A DNA stretch of 64,000 nucleotides from Hyaloraphidium curvatum SAG 235-1 (Eukaryota; Fungi; Monoblepharomycota), in contig JAIVFI010000032.1 in NCBI GenBank assembly GCA_025558095.1, positions 248,001 through 312,000 on the forward strand, written 5' to 3'. Shown piece by piece: positions 28,291-41,593 of the stretch. Under the pieces are notes generated by a model. It ran no database searches. It saw nothing but the letters and a program-made list of their open reading frames with translations, and was not told where the DNA came from. How positions within the stretch are numbered: the stretch's first letter is position 1; each line of letters starts with the position of its first letter. Made by a program: the position numbers and the translations under genes.

Positions 28291-28379
28291 CCCAACATCG
28301 TTGCACAAACTCGGCGCCAAGGCCGCGACTGGAGCCGATGCCACGCGGGGCCTCTGTTCCTTAGGCATATTCTGGACGG

Positions 28380-31300
28380 ATGGAACCGTTGTTCCATGTT
28401 CAGCCTCCGCTGAACACGACCACGCTCGCACATCTGAACGAACCGCTCACGGTTCTGGTGCAGCTGGTGTTTCTCGACGGCCGTGCTCCGGAACGCGTCA
28501 CTCGCGTCGAACTTTGGTCGAACTTGCCGCGTGGATACGAGTGGTCCGCGCTAGAGCTCGCGGAGCTGAGCAATGTGGAGGTGTCTGGGTTGCCGGACGG
28601 TGCCGCTGTGTTCTCCTACCGAGGCACCGTAGCTCCACCAAAGATTGGCTTTCATGGTGAGGGTGCTTGCGGCTCGACGCTGGGAGAATGGCTGAATGAA
28701 TGCCTCGACAGAGTTCACCGTACGAGCCTTCTACTACGATCGTGGACGCGACGACGTGTGGTGGGCGGGGACCTTCCAGAAGAACGGGAAGGTTTTCGTC
28801 ACCGATGCCGAGCCGAAGGCGTCGTTGAAGTCAACGGATGTGCTTCTTGGGATCGACCCGGCGTGGTTCGTCCACGACGACCTGCCCCCGGCTCCGGGCC
28901 GCCCCAGTTCCCGTGGGTCTGCCGCCTCGCCCCCACCACCGGAAGCGCTGCCTGCTTCGCCAACGGACTCGAAGCTTTCGACGGGCCGAAGGGGCGGCGT
29001 CGTTGTCCTGTCGGGCTACCTGCAGTTTCCCGTGGAAACGGCGTACTGGGCCCGCATCTTCCCCGTGGGGCTCGTGAACTGTCTCGGACTCATTCGCCGG
29101 AGCGTCTGGTGGTTGGAGCCGAACACATACCTCGGCAGCGAAAAGCCGACCGTTTTCTTTCTCTTCGAAAGATCCGACCACATGTTCGTGCTGCTCATCC
29201 CCCTGACCATGAATGGCGTTTCGGCGGCGATTCTTCCGCAGAAAGACGCTTCTGTCGGCGTGCAGATCACTTTGGAACAGAACAACGATGGCCAGGCGCG
29301 AATTTACGTTCTTGTCGGGGCTGGGAAGCCCCATCAGCTCGTCCACAAGGCCATGGCGAGGATACGTAGGCTGCTGAACGGGCAAGAGCCGCCGTCGGAG
29401 CCGATAGTTCCCATGGAGATGAGGGCTGGGGACAGGGCTCCGGCTTGGTTCGACCGCTTAGGGTTGGTTCGCACCCCGCCCACCCTTGGCGGCACGCTAA
29501 ATGCCGCACGTTCAGGATGTGCACCTGGAACATGTTCTACAAGAATCCTACCCACGAGGGCATCAGCCGCGCGCTCGATATCATGGTTCATCAGCTGAAG
29601 ATACCGGTCGGCTTCCTTGTGCTCGACGACGGGTGGCAACGGACGACGCAGCTGGAGCGGTTGACCTCCTTCGAGCCCGACAAGAACAAGTTCGAGAAGG
29701 GCTTAGGCATCTTCATCCGCGACGTGAAGCAGACTTTCAACGTGGAGCACGTGGGCATATGGTTTCCACTTCAGGGGTCGGACTCGTAGGCTGCGTTCCC
29801 TTTGGTTCGCTCGCTCACGCTCCGTTCGCGCACGACAGGTACTGGAACGGCGTGGAACCCGACTCTGAGCTTGGCCGCACGTATCAGCTGCGGCAAATTG
29901 TCTCGCGTGGCAACGTCTGGCTTGTGGAAGCGAAGGACGTGCGGAGGTTCTTCGCGGACCTGCGCAACTACTTGGTTGGGGAGGGCGTGGACTTTTACAA
30001 AGTCGACAACCAGGCCTCGTTCGACCTCTACGTTGGCGAAGGCTCTTTCGATTCGTTGCCGCTTTGGAAGCATTACCAGGATGCCATCCGGGACACGTTC
30101 AGCTCGAATCTCGTGCTTTCCATGGCACAGTCGCCGAACATCATCTACAACACCCTCATCCACGCGCGAGACGAATCCGTGCCGCGCGCGGTCGCGCGCA
30201 ACTCCGACGATTTCTTTCCCGAGCGTTTGGACATGCATGCTGGCCATGTCTACACCAACGCGGTCAACAACTTGTGGACGTCGACGTTTGGAGTCGGGAT
30301 CCCAGACTGGTGAGCCGAAGGTCCCGTCTACTCTCCGTGCTGTGCTAACGTATTGGTGCTCCGCTGCAGGGACATGTTTCAGTCAGACGGCCCCTACGGC
30401 GGTGAGTTCTGAGTCGCTTACTTTATTGCACTCCTAACGTTGAGCTGCACTAGGTTTCCACGCTGCTTCACGTGCGCTGAACAATGGGCCGGTTTATCTC
30501 GCAGATGAGCCCAACACGCACGACCCGTCCGTCGTTCGCCCCTTGTTTGTGGGCGGCGTTGCGGGTTCCGAGCACCGTGTCTTGCGGCCCGCGTTTCCGG
30601 CGCTTCCCAGCATCGATTCGATTTTTTCGGACTCCAGGGATATCAGGAAGGCTCTGAAGATCTGCAACCAGTCGCCTTTTGGAGGCAGCGCGTCACGGTT
30701 GCGGGATCCGGCGTGCTACGTCGCGGGGCTTTTCAATTGCACAACGTTCTCGCTTTGCGACACGGTTTCGGTGGAAGAGGTCGTCGCGAGTGTTGGTTGG
30801 AGGGCCAGCTTTGCCAGGGACGACACGTCGTCCAGTGACAGGGAAGCGGCGGTGAAGGATCCGGACGATGACGACGGCTCCTACGCAGCATACATTTTCC
30901 ACCGTCGGGTAGTGAGGAAGCTGGACAGGAGACAGGACCTTTCCGTCTTCCTGAGGCCAGCGGGCTTTGAAATCGTCACGTTCGCGCCTCTGCTGGTCTT
31001 TGACCTGCCATCGGGACCCGCGCGCTCGCCCGGAACTGAATCCGCAGCGGAATCCGACGTGGTGCTCGGGGCTGAGGTGGATGCGCCAGCCGTCGTCGCC
31101 GGGTCCGCCGAGGTGGTCCCAGAGCAGGCAAATCCGGTCGATCAAACTTCGCGGGAACCTCTCCCGTCTCCGGGGCCAAAGACCCTGGAGATTGCCTGCG
31201 TGGGACTCATGGACAAGTTCAATGGTTCCGTGGCGCTCTCGGCCGTGGACGTCTTGAACGAAGAGGGGAACGGCGACACGCCGATCGGCTACCGCGCGAC

Positions 31301-31496
31301 CCTGTGGGCTCGCGGGCGGACAGCGTTCTACGTGGCAGGCCCGGAAGATCCGACATCGGTGCTGCGGCTGAAGGTGGACGGCGAGGACATTCCTGGGCAC
31401 CTGGTATCCTGGGAGTCGAACCTGCTGATGGTAGACGCGCGCTTAGACGGGAACGAGGTAGTGATGCCGGTAATTCTTGACGTAATCTGGGGCTGA
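28380..31496 (+). CDS. Raffinose synthase/seed-imbibition protein (Sip1, GH36-related alpha-galactosidase)
   Basis: CTWNMFY, LVLDDGWQ, GVDFYKVDNQ, RNSDDFFP, PDWDMFQS, FHAASRAL, GLFNC. Confidence 0.9.
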
Positions 31497-31518
31497 ACTA
31501 GCAGAACATGTTCTTGTG

Positions 31519-32892
31519 CTATGTCGACATGCTGCAGTACGCCCGGTAGAAGGTCGCACCGCTGCCACGGTCCAAACGGAATCCCACGGGACAACCCGCC
31601 CCGACGAAGAAGATGTGTCCCTTTGCGGCCGGCACATCCGCGCCTCCGGCCGACAACACCGCCTCTCCCTCTGTGCAGATCAGTATGCTCGGCCCCGCGA
31701 GCTCGGCAAACTCGTCCGTGGGCACCTTTGGCGTCAGCGTCGTCCGCACGATCGAGAACTCGTCGATCGGGGGGTCGTACAGCCTCGACGCCCCAGTCTT
31801 CCCGACCGGATCGCCCTCCAGCACTTGGTCGCGCGCCGGACCGTAGTTGTAGGTCAGCATCGCGACGAGGGTCTCGACGTCCTTGTGCTTCGGGGTGAGG
31901 CCGGCGCGCACGACGTTGTCGGACGCGGCCATGCACTCGACGCAATCTGGCGGGAGTCGGTCGGTGAGCGTTCCTGGGTCCGCCGGGCACGGGTGACGGC
32001 GAACCTCCGGACAGGTAGGCATGCGGCTCGTTGGCGCCCAGATAGATGGCCTGGTCCGGCGCGAGGCGGATGTAGTTGAGCATCATGACGGCGAAGCAGC
32101 CAATGTCGCCGCCGGGAAACTGCGAGTCCAGCCGCACGACGAGCTCCTCGACGGAACCCGGCAAGGCGGGTTTGCCCGCCTTGAGCCGGGCCACCAGGGC
32201 GGCGAGCTGCTTGGCCACGACCGAGGCGTCCGCCTCCATCATGGCGGCAAACAGGGTCCGCAGGGCTTCCTTGCCCTTGGCGTCCTTGGCGGGCCCCTCG
32301 ACGGCGACGGCGCTGCGGAACGCCTGGGCAGCGTCGCCCACGACGGCGGCAAACTCGGGGAAGGCGGCCAGGTTCGCGGCGATCTCGTCCAGCGGCCGGA
32401 AGCCGCACAGGGCCTCGAACTCCGTGAGTGCGATGGCCATCTCCGGCTTGTGGTTCGGGTCCTTGTACAGGTCCGGGCGCGAGGCGTGCAGGCGCTGCGC
32501 GAGCGCCTTGTCGGGGTGCGCCTGGATGCTCAGGGCCTTGCGGATCGACAGCACCTTGAACAGGAACGGCAGGTCGTTGCCGTATGCGCGCGCGATGTCG
32601 GGGCCCAGGGCGGCGGCGGGGTCGGCGCGCACGAGGTCCGCGAGCGAGCCGGCGTGGGGACCGACGACCCGCGCCGGCGCCGACGGGTGCGTGCCCATCC
32701 ACAGCTGGCGGGGGCCGGCCGGCGTGAGCATGCAACGCAGCGGGAGCGGGGCGCCGCGCGCACCTCGGCGTACGGCGTCGCGGCGTCGAGTGGCGGGCCG
32801 GGCGTCGCGGCGGCGAGCTCGGCGACCTTCGACTCGCCGCCCAGCTTGCCCCAGTCGTACGACTGCGTGGCGCCGGCGATGCGCACCGCCAT
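31519..32892 (-). CDS. PMI40: Mannose-6-phosphate isomerase (type I)
   Basis: QSYDWGK, PYAE|LWMGTHPS, LPFLFKVLSIRKALSIQAHP, YKDPNHKPEM, ANEPHAY, ECMAASDNVVRAGLTPK. Confidence 0.96.
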
Positions 32893-33040
32893 GGCGGAGG
32901 GGCGGAGGGGCGCGGAGGGCGCTGGCGGGGGAGGCGGCTGCGGAGACTGCGTCCGGAGATGGAGACCCCAACGGACCCCTCGCACCGCGCGTGCGGACCA
33001 ATGGCTTGATCACATTCTCCCCCCCCCATAGTGCGCAGCG

Positions 33041-36000
33041 ATGGACGAAGGTGGGTCCGCCGCCGATCCCGCCGCCGCCGCTGACGCCTCGGCAGACGTT
33101 GACGCTCAGATTAAGGAGGCGCAACAACGGCGAGAAGTCGCCCGTGCTGCCGCGCAAGCCAAGGCCGCGAACCGGGCGACGTTCGACGACGAGCTCTACT
33201 CGCGCAAGGAGAGCCGCTTCGAGGGCTACGACACGTCGATCGCCGCCGGCCCGGCCGCGGACGACGACGACGGCGATGCGCCGATGGAGGACGCCGGCTA
33301 CGGCCGCCGCGCAAACATCACCGCCCCGAAGGAGCTGCTGCGCGAGCTGGAGGAGTCGGGCGCCGACTCGGACCCGCTGGCTGGCCGCGTCGAGTCGCGC
33401 CGCATCGCGGACCGCGAGGATGACTACCACAAGCGGCGGCTCAACCGCGTGCTGTCGCCGCAGCGCGTCGACGCCTTCCAGGGCGGCGCCGCAGACCACG
33501 CCGAGGCGCGCTCGTACAAGGAGGTCATGATGGAGGCCGACATGGAGAAGGAGCGCGCTCGTCTGATGGCAAAGATCGAGGCGGATCGCAAGGCGGGCGC
33601 CGATTCGGGCGACCGCAAGGCGCTGCCTGCCGCCGAGGCCGCACAGCCGGCGGCAAAGAAACGGCGGTGGGACGTTGCCGTGCCGGCCGAGGAGGAGGCA
33701 CCGAAGAAAAAATCGGAATGGGAGGAGGACGAGCAGCCGAAGGAGGTCAAGCGGCGCAACCGGTGGGACGAGACCCCGGTCGCCGCCCCCTCGGGCGGCT
33801 CGGCGTGGGACGCCCCCACGCCGCGGGCCGACGGCTCGGGGGACTTTGGTGCGACGCCATCGGGCCGGAAGAGGTCCCGCTGGGACGAGACCCCGGTCGG
33901 CGTCAACGTGATGGCCACGCCGGTGGGCGGCTACGGCCTGGTCACCCCGACCCCGGGCCAGATCTCCGTGCCCATGACCCCGGACGTTGCCAACGCGCTG
34001 CGCTGGGAGCGCGAGCTCGACTACCGGAACCGGCCCTGGACGGACGAGGAGCTGGACGCCATCTTCCCGACCGAGGGCTACAAGATCCTCGACCCCCCGT
34101 CGAGTTACGTGCCCATCCGCACACCGGCCCGCAAGCTCATGGCCACCCCGACCCCCATGGCGGGCCAGGCCGGGGCGGGGTACATGCTGCCGGAGGAGAA
34201 CCGGGTGGCCATGTTCGACATGCCTACCGAGATCCCCGGCGTCGGCAGCCTGTCCTTCTTCAAGCCTGAGGACATGCAGCACTTTGGCAAGCTGCTCGAC
34301 GACAAGGACGAGGAGTCGCTGCCGCTCGACGAGCTTAAAGAGCGCAAGATCATGCGGCTGCTCCTCAAGATCAAGAACGGGACCCCGCCGATGCGCAAGG
34401 CCGCGCTGCGGCAGATCACGGACAAGGCGCGCGAGTTTGGCGCCGGCCCACTCTTCAACCAGATTCTGCCCCTGCTCATGTCGCCGACGCTCGAGGACCA
34501 GGAGCGCCACCTGCTCGTCAAGGTCATTGACCGCGTGCTCTACAAGCTCGACGACCTCGTGCGTCCCTTCGTGCACAAGATCCTGGTCGTCATCGAGCCC
34601 CTGCTCATCGACGAGGACTACTACGCGCGCGTCGAGGGCCGCGAGATCATCAGCAACCTCGCCAAGGCCGCCGGCCTAGCGACCATGATCGCCACGATGC
34701 GTCCCGACATTGACCACGTGGACGAGTACGTCCGCAACACGACTGCGCGCGCCTTCTCCGTCGTCGCATCCGCTCTCGGCATCCCCGCGCTCCTGCCGTT
34801 CCTCAAGGCGGTTTGCAAGAGCAAGAAGTCTTGGCAGGCCCGCCACACGGGCATCAAGATCGTGCAGCAGATCGCCATCCTCATGGGCTGCGCCATCCTG
34901 CCGCACCTCAAGCAGCTGGTCGAGTGCATCGGCCACGGACTGGAGGACGAGCAGCAGAAGGTCCGCACCATCACGGCGCTGGCCATCGCCGCGCTGGCCG
35001 AGGCCGCCGCGCCCTACGGCATCGAGTCGTTCGACAGCGTGCTCAAGCCGCTGTGGACGGGCATCAAGAAGCACCGCGGCAAGGGCCTCGCCGCTTTCCT
35101 CAAGGCCATCGGCTACATCATCCCGCTCATGGACGCCGAGTACGCCAACTACTACACCAAGGAGGTCGTCGTGATCCTCATCCGCGAGTTCCAGTCGCCG
35201 GACGAGGAGATGAAGAAGATCGTTCTCAAGGTCGTCAAGCAGTGCGCCGCGACCGAGGGCGTGACCCCGCAGTACATCAAGGAGGAGATCCTGCCCGAGT
35301 TCTTCAAGCACTTCTGGGTGCGCCGCATGGCCCTCGACCGCCGCAACTACAAGCAGCTCGTCGAGACGACGGTGGAGCTGGCCAACAAGGTCGGCGCCTC
35401 CGAGATCGTCACCAAGGTCGTCGACGACCTCAAGGACGAGTCGGAGCCGTACCGCAAGATGGTCATGGAGACCATCGACAAGGTCGTCAGCGCGCTCGGG
35501 TCCTCGGACATCGACGACCGGCTAGAGGAGCGTCTCATCGACGGCATCCTGTACTCGTTCCAGGAGCAGACCGTCGAGGACGTCGTCATGCTGAACGGCT
35601 TCGGCACCGTTGTCAACGCGCTCGGCGGCCGCGTCAAGCCGTACCTGCCCCAGATCACCTCCACGATCCTCTGGCGGCTCAACAACAAGTCGGCCAAGGT
35701 GCGCCAGCAGGCTGCCGATCTCATCTCGCGCATCGCCGTGGTCATGAAGACGTGCGGCGAGGAGAAGCTCATGGGGCACCTCGGCGTGGTGCTGTACGAG
35801 TACCTGGGCGAGGAGTACCCCGAAGTGCTCGGGTCCATCCTGGGCGGGCTCAAGGCCATCGTCAACGTCATCGGCATGCAGAACATGACGCCCCCGATCA
35901 AGGACCTGCTTCCGCGGCTGACGCCCATCCTCAAGAACCGGCACGAGAAGGTGCAGGAGAACACGATCGATCTCGTGGGGCGCATCGCCGACAGGGGTGC

Positions 36001-36956
36001 AGAGTTTGTCAGCGCGAGGGAGTGGATGCGGATCTGTTTCGGTGGGTTCACGATGCGTGCCCTGCCGGGACCTTTCATAGTTCTAACTTTCGTTGCGTGC
36101 CGCAGAGCTGCTCGACATGCTCAAAGCGCACAAGAAGGCCATCCGGCGTGCCGCCGTCAACACTTTCGGGTACATCGCCAAGGCCATCGGTCCCCAGGAT
36201 GTGCTCGCGACGCTCCTCAACAACCTCAAGGTCCAGGAGCGCCAGAACCGTGTCTGCACGACCGTCGCCATCGCTATCGTCGCGGAGACGTGCTCGCCTT
36301 TCACGGTGCTTCCGGCCCTCATGAACGAGTACCGGGTGCCCGAGCTCAACGTGCAGAACGGCGTCTTGAAGTCTTTGTCGTTCCTGTTCGAGTACATTGG
36401 CGAAATGGGCAAGGACTACATCTACGCCGTCACCCCGCTGCTTGAGGACGCGCTGATGGATCGGGACCTTGTGCACCGGCAGACTGCATGCACGACCGTC
36501 AAGCGTGAGTGTTTGGAAGCGCTCTCTTTGTTTGCCGAATTACTAACAGCTTTGGCCTTCAGACATGGCTCTCGGCGTCGTGGGCCTCGGGTGCGAAGAT
36601 GCCCTGATCCACCTGCTCAACTACGTCTGGCCCAACATCTTCGAGACGAGCCCGCACGTCATCAACGCGGTCATGGACGCCGTGGATGGGATCCGCATGG
36701 CCGTCGGACCGGCGCTTATCCTCAACTACGTGCTTCAGGGTCTATTCCACCCGGCACGGCGGGTCCGCGAGGTCTACTGGAAGGTGGGTTGCCGTTTGCG
36801 AAGCGAGACCCGCTCAGCATGCTGACTGAGCTACCTTCCCAGATCTACAACAACATCTACATGGCCCACGCAGATGCGCTGGTGTCCTACTATCCTCGGG
36901 TGGATGACGACGAGAGGAACATCTACACCCGATACGAGCTGGACTTGATCGTTTGA
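33041..36956 (+). CDS. SF3B1: Splicing factor 3B subunit 1
   Basis: RWDETP ULM motifs, [11 protein letters not shown], and HEAT repeats ([40 protein letters not shown]). Confidence 0.98.
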
Positions 36957-37192
36957 TCTGAATAGAGGGGAGACACGAGTCTCGGACCATCGCCAACGCG
37001 ATTCTGATCGTCCGGCGCTGCTTCAGAAGGAGTTGCGTGTTGACCTGGCGTCCCCGGCAGGGCTCGCTCAGCGCGCGTTGGATTCGACCCTGAGAGAAGC
37101 GCCTCCAAACCAGACAAGAGCGCGGTCGCAACCGCTCTGTAGTCGTCGGCTCCGGCCCAGGAAAAAGGCATCGCACGTCCACGCACGTCCAC

Positions 37193-37545
37193 CTAGACGG
37201 AGCCCTTCGGGATGACGACACTGTTCCCACCACGAGTCAGCTTCGACCAATGTGCTTCGGGATAGAATCCTACCTCAGCTTATCTCCTGTTGGTCCCAAA
37301 GATGATCCGTTTAGCAGGAACCAAGTGAACCAGGTCGTGAGCGCCACAAAGAAGATCAATGACAGGGACAGAGAGGCGAACGCGTAGTGCTTGATGGCGG
37401 GCTTCAAGTTCGGCCGCTTGATGATCGGCAGCACGTAGAGGAAGTTGAATAGCCACAGCCATGGCAGCAAAGCGAAGCCTCCGTAGAAGTAACGCTTCAC
37501 GGTAACGAGCACCACGTCCTCCGTTTCATGCTGGATGCTCGGCAT
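37193..37545 (-). CDS. PEN2: Gamma-secretase subunit PEN-2, 2 exons
   Basis: KRYFYGGFALLPWLWLFN, second TM segment, and spliced C-terminus GPTGDKLSVVIPKG resembling PEN-2 GALGDYLSFTIPLG. Confidence 0.88.
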
Positions 37546-37826
37546 TGCCTAGGCGAGTCCAAGGGCCTAGGAGGAGCGGTGGTCCCCAGAAATATCTTGG
37601 AGAAGTCTAGGCCTCCGGATTGTCCCGGACGAGACGCGCTTCCGTCTTGGGGTCGCGCGGTTTGAGGGTGATGTTGGAGGACTACTTCTCCGCGCGGCCG
37701 CGCCGCCCTGCCCACGGTGACCGCAGCAATGAGCTGAACAGCCAAAGTCCCCGAGCCGAGCAGCGGATCTCATTCTGCGTCGTCGCGAGTAGCTGACGCG
37801 GCCCGCGGCCGCTCGGTGTCGCAACG

Positions 37827-40491
37827 ATGAGCGCGGCGGGGCCGCCCCGGAAGACCGCTGCCAGCAAGATAATAAAGCCTCCACGGAAGCCGGGACTCAA
37901 CGACGCGAGCTTCGAAGAGGCGTGGAGGAAGCTGAGCCAGGCATTGAAGGAGATTTTCCGGAGGAACAATGGCCAGCTCAGCTACGAGGAGCTCTACCGG
38001 TGGGGACCGCTTCAAGCTCCGTCCACGGCTCCCAGGGCCTGACACCGAGGATGCGTGCTCCAGGAATGCATACAACATGGTGCTCCACAAGACGGGGGCT
38101 CAGCTGTACAACGGAGTCCGGAACGAGATCTCCGATCACCTCGTGGAGCTCGCGCAGGACAAGATTGTCCCCCTGTTCCCGCAGGAGGACGACGCGAACC
38201 AGCGAGCTGCCTTCCTCAAGGCCGTGAAGGAGACCTGGGAGCACCACACGGTCTGCATGGGTATGATCAGGGACATTCTCATGTACATGGTGGGTTCCAG
38301 CTCCGCCGAGCACTTCTTCAGGCCTTAGATGATTATCGGCTCGCCCGGCAGGACCGTGTCTACGTGAAGACGGCTACTCCTCCGGTGCCGGAGGTCTACA
38401 ATCTCGGAATGGACCTCTTCCGCGACCTCATCCTGCGCTCGGACAACATCTCCCCGCGGATCATCTCATCCATGCTGGAACTGATTCGGCTCGAAAGGGA
38501 TGGAGACACGATTGACCGAATGATTCTCACCGGAATCAGCGCCATGATGTCGAAACTGGAGATGCCGGCGGACGGCGACAACGTCGGCTCCTCCGTCTAC
38601 GAAATGGACTTCGAGGGCGTCTTTGTCGAAAAGAGCAGCGAGTACTACGGCCTCGAGAGCGAACGGTACCTCGCACTCAACGACGTGGTGCAGTACTTGA
38701 AGAAGGTGAGGCAGAAGCCGAGAAACCAGAGCTTCGGTGACCAACGTTGGGCTGCTCCTAGGTTGAACAGCGGCTCGCGGAGGAAGACCAGAGGGTCCAG
38801 ATGTATCTGCAGAGCAGCACGCGGGACAAGATCAGGAAGGTGGTCGAATCGCAGATGCTGGAGCAGCGGATTGGCCGCATTATCGAGGTGCGTTGGGTTG
38901 GCTAATTTGAGGCACAGTCTTGACCATGGTGTCCTTTGAGCAGACGGAGAACACGGGTCTCGTACCTCAGTTGCGGGACGACAAGTTCGACGACCTTCTG
39001 AGAATGTATCGCCTCCTTGGGCTCGTTAAGGAAGGGCACAACGAGATGCGGAAAGTGCTTTCGGACTACATCAAGGAGCTCGGGCGCGAGATCAACGAGA
39101 CCTTCGCCGGAGCTCCGCGAGCCGGGGATTCGGGCTCTGCACCAAAAATCTCGGCGGCAGATGGGGCCGGCGACGGCGAAGATGAGCCTAAGGGCGGCCC
39201 CGCAACGGATTGGGCCAAGTGGGTCGAGGCCATCCTCACACTGAAGGACAAATTTGAGCGTATCTTGGAGCGCTCCTTTGCGAAGGACAAGCTGTTCCAG
39301 ACGATTATGAACTCTGCCATGGAGACTGTCGTGAACCGGAACCCGAAAGCTCCCGAGTTTGTCAGCCTGTTCATCGACGAGAACCTGCGGAAGGGCATCA
39401 AAGGCAAATCGGAGGAGGAGGTCGAGCTGCTCCTGGACAAGACGGTCGGGCTTTTCCGCTTCCTGCAGGACAAGGATGTGTTCGAGCGCTACTACAAGCA
39501 GCACCTTGCCAAACGCCTTCTCCTGGGCCGCAGCCTGAGCGAGGATGCGGAAAAGAGCTTTGTCGCGAAGCTCAAGGTCGAGTGCGGTTACCAGTTCACC
39601 AGCAAGCTCGAAGGCATGTTCAACGACATGCGCGTCTCGGGCGACCTGTCGAACGAGTTCAAGAACTACCTGGGCAACCTCGTCTCGTCCAACGCGCCGA
39701 ACCTCGCCGAGTTCAACGTGAACGTACTCACTTCGACATACTGGCCCATGACGATCAGCAATCCCGCCGTCGTCACGTGCCCGCCATCGATTGAGAGCTT
39801 GATGCGGAAGTTCAGCGACTTCTACCTCGGACGTCACTCTGGGCGTCGGCTCACCTGGGTGACATCGATGGGCTCGGCGGATCTCCGCGCTTCGTTCGAC
39901 AAGGGAAAGAAGGACATAAACCTCACCACCTACGGCATGGTTGTGCTGTGCGGGGTTTTCAACTCGGAAGAGGCCTGCGACGGTCAGCCCGTCTCTTTTG
40001 CGCGAATCCGCGAGGTCACTTCGATTCCCGATGCGGACCTGAAACGGACGCTGCAATCCCTGTCACTGGGGAAGTACCGCATCCTTTTGAAGGCCCCCAT
40101 GACGCGGGAGGTTGCCGAGACGGACGAGTTTCGGCTCAACACGGCCTTCACCGCCCCGCTGCTCAAGATCCGGATACCCAACATCCTTCCGTCGCAATCG
40201 GCGGCCGCCACCGGGTCGGGCAACGTGGTGGAGGACGACCAGGAGAGGGCCGAAACGATGGAGAAGGTCGAGCAGGCCCGGGGACACCAGGTCGAGGCTG
40301 CGATCGTGCGCATCATGAAGTCGCGGAAGGCCATGACGCACAACGAGCTGCTGTCAGAGGTCATCCGGCAGCTGTCGTCGCGCTTCAATCCCAGCCCTGC
40401 GCTGATCAAGAAGCGCATCGAGAGCCTGATTGAACGCGACTACCTCGAGCGCGGGACCCAGGATCGGCGGACGATTCACTACAGGGCGTAA
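37827..40491 (+). CDS. CUL3: Cullin-3
   Basis: LSYEELYRNAYNMVLHK, MIRDILMYMDRVY, DKDVFERYYKQHLAKRLL, KLKVECGYQFTSKLEGMF, neddylation motif EAAIVRIMKSRK. Confidence 0.96.
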
Positions 40492-40598
40492 AGAGGAAGG
40501 ACTCGCAGCGATTACCACAGTACCCACGCTTGTACATACCACGGCTTCGTCGGGCGGAACGATGGAAATGTATTTGTGCTTCTTTGCACCTTCGAGTC

Positions 40599-41225
40599 CT
40601 ACATCTCCTCGTCAGCGTCACCGGGTTCGGAGCCCTCGCGCGAACCCTCGTCCTCGCTCGACGTCTCGAAATCCGCGAGCACGCTGTTGAACCGCGCGTT
40701 CAAAAAGACGTTGGCGGCCTCGAGAGCTTTCACGTAGTTGGCCGTCGGCTTCCTCCGCGGTGCCTCGCCACCGTCCGCGGGTCCGTCCGCTACCCCCGCA
40801 GCCAACGAGATCGATTCCTCCAGCGACAGCGCCTTTGCTCCTTTGTACTCCACCAGTCTCGGCCAAGGCACCATCGGCGACCCCGGCGACGGCTGCGGTG
40901 CAGTCTCCATAATCCGTTTCAAGCCTCGCTCGCCCCGCGGTGCCCCTCTGTCCGGGCTGCCCTTTAGCGACAAGGCCGCCAGATCCTCCGCAATGTCCGA
41001 TGCGCTGCTTTCGCCCTTTTGTGGCGGCTCATTCCGGGAGTCCGAGCTGATCTGAGGTTCGGTCCGTTCCTCCGTCCGTTGTGGGGCCGCGGACGTGCCG
41101 CTCCCGCCCGCAGTCCCCCTGGGCACCGGCGCAGGGAACTTAAACCGGCGCCGTGTGCTCGTCAAGAAGCTCGGCGGTGCTTCCTTTTGCCGCGGTGGGC
41201 CGGTTTCGGGGGACGCGGTGGTCAT
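40599..41225 (-). CDS. Hypothetical low-complexity protein
   Basis: 208-aa ORF in the gap between CUL3 and RPS6; no recognised domain; a short upstream exon is possible. Confidence 0.45.
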   Translation of the reverse strand: MTTASPETGPPRQKEAPPSFLTSTRRRFKFPAPVPRGTAGGSGTSAAPQRTEERTEPQISSDSRNEPPQKGESSASDIAEDLAALSLKGSPDRGAPRGERGLKRIMETAPQPSPGSPMVPWPRLVEYKGAKALSLEESISLAAGVADGPADGGEAPRRKPTANYVKALEAANVFLNARFNSVLADFETSSEDEGSREGSEPGDADEEM

Positions 41226-41593
41226 CTTGTTTCTGAGACCGCTTTAACCCAGACCTGACCTTCATTTTACGAGTCCCGACTGAGGCCCCTTCATCGACTC
41301 TCGCCGCTGGTTCGCTCGGCGCAGGTAAGGCGGCAGCCTGGCCGCTTCCGTGTGTGAACGGGTTGCCGACGAGCTGCTCCCTCCCCGCTGCTTCCCCTCT
41401 GCCCGCTGTGTGCCCTGCATTCGCGGCCGCTGCCATCGCGCGCTCGACTCGCCCCCGCGCGCTCCTCCCTCCTCGGAATCTCTCCATTGCGGACTCTTGG
41501 GCTCTTCTTGGACTCTTTTCTACCGCCCTCGCGCCTCCTGGCTGCTCTGGAACCCCCTGTGGACGCTGCTGTTGCGGACGTAGCTAGTCGAAG

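Noticed and set aside
31328-34576. 1082-aa minus-strand ORF
   Set aside because: It is the antisense shadow of SF3B1 running into PMI exons through stop-free introns, an effect of high GC3.
34813-36324. Long alternative-frame ORFs in SF3B1, and similar ones in CUL3, GT71 and the histidine kinase
   Set aside because: Arg/Pro/Gly-rich shadow frames expected from the codon bias; no motifs.
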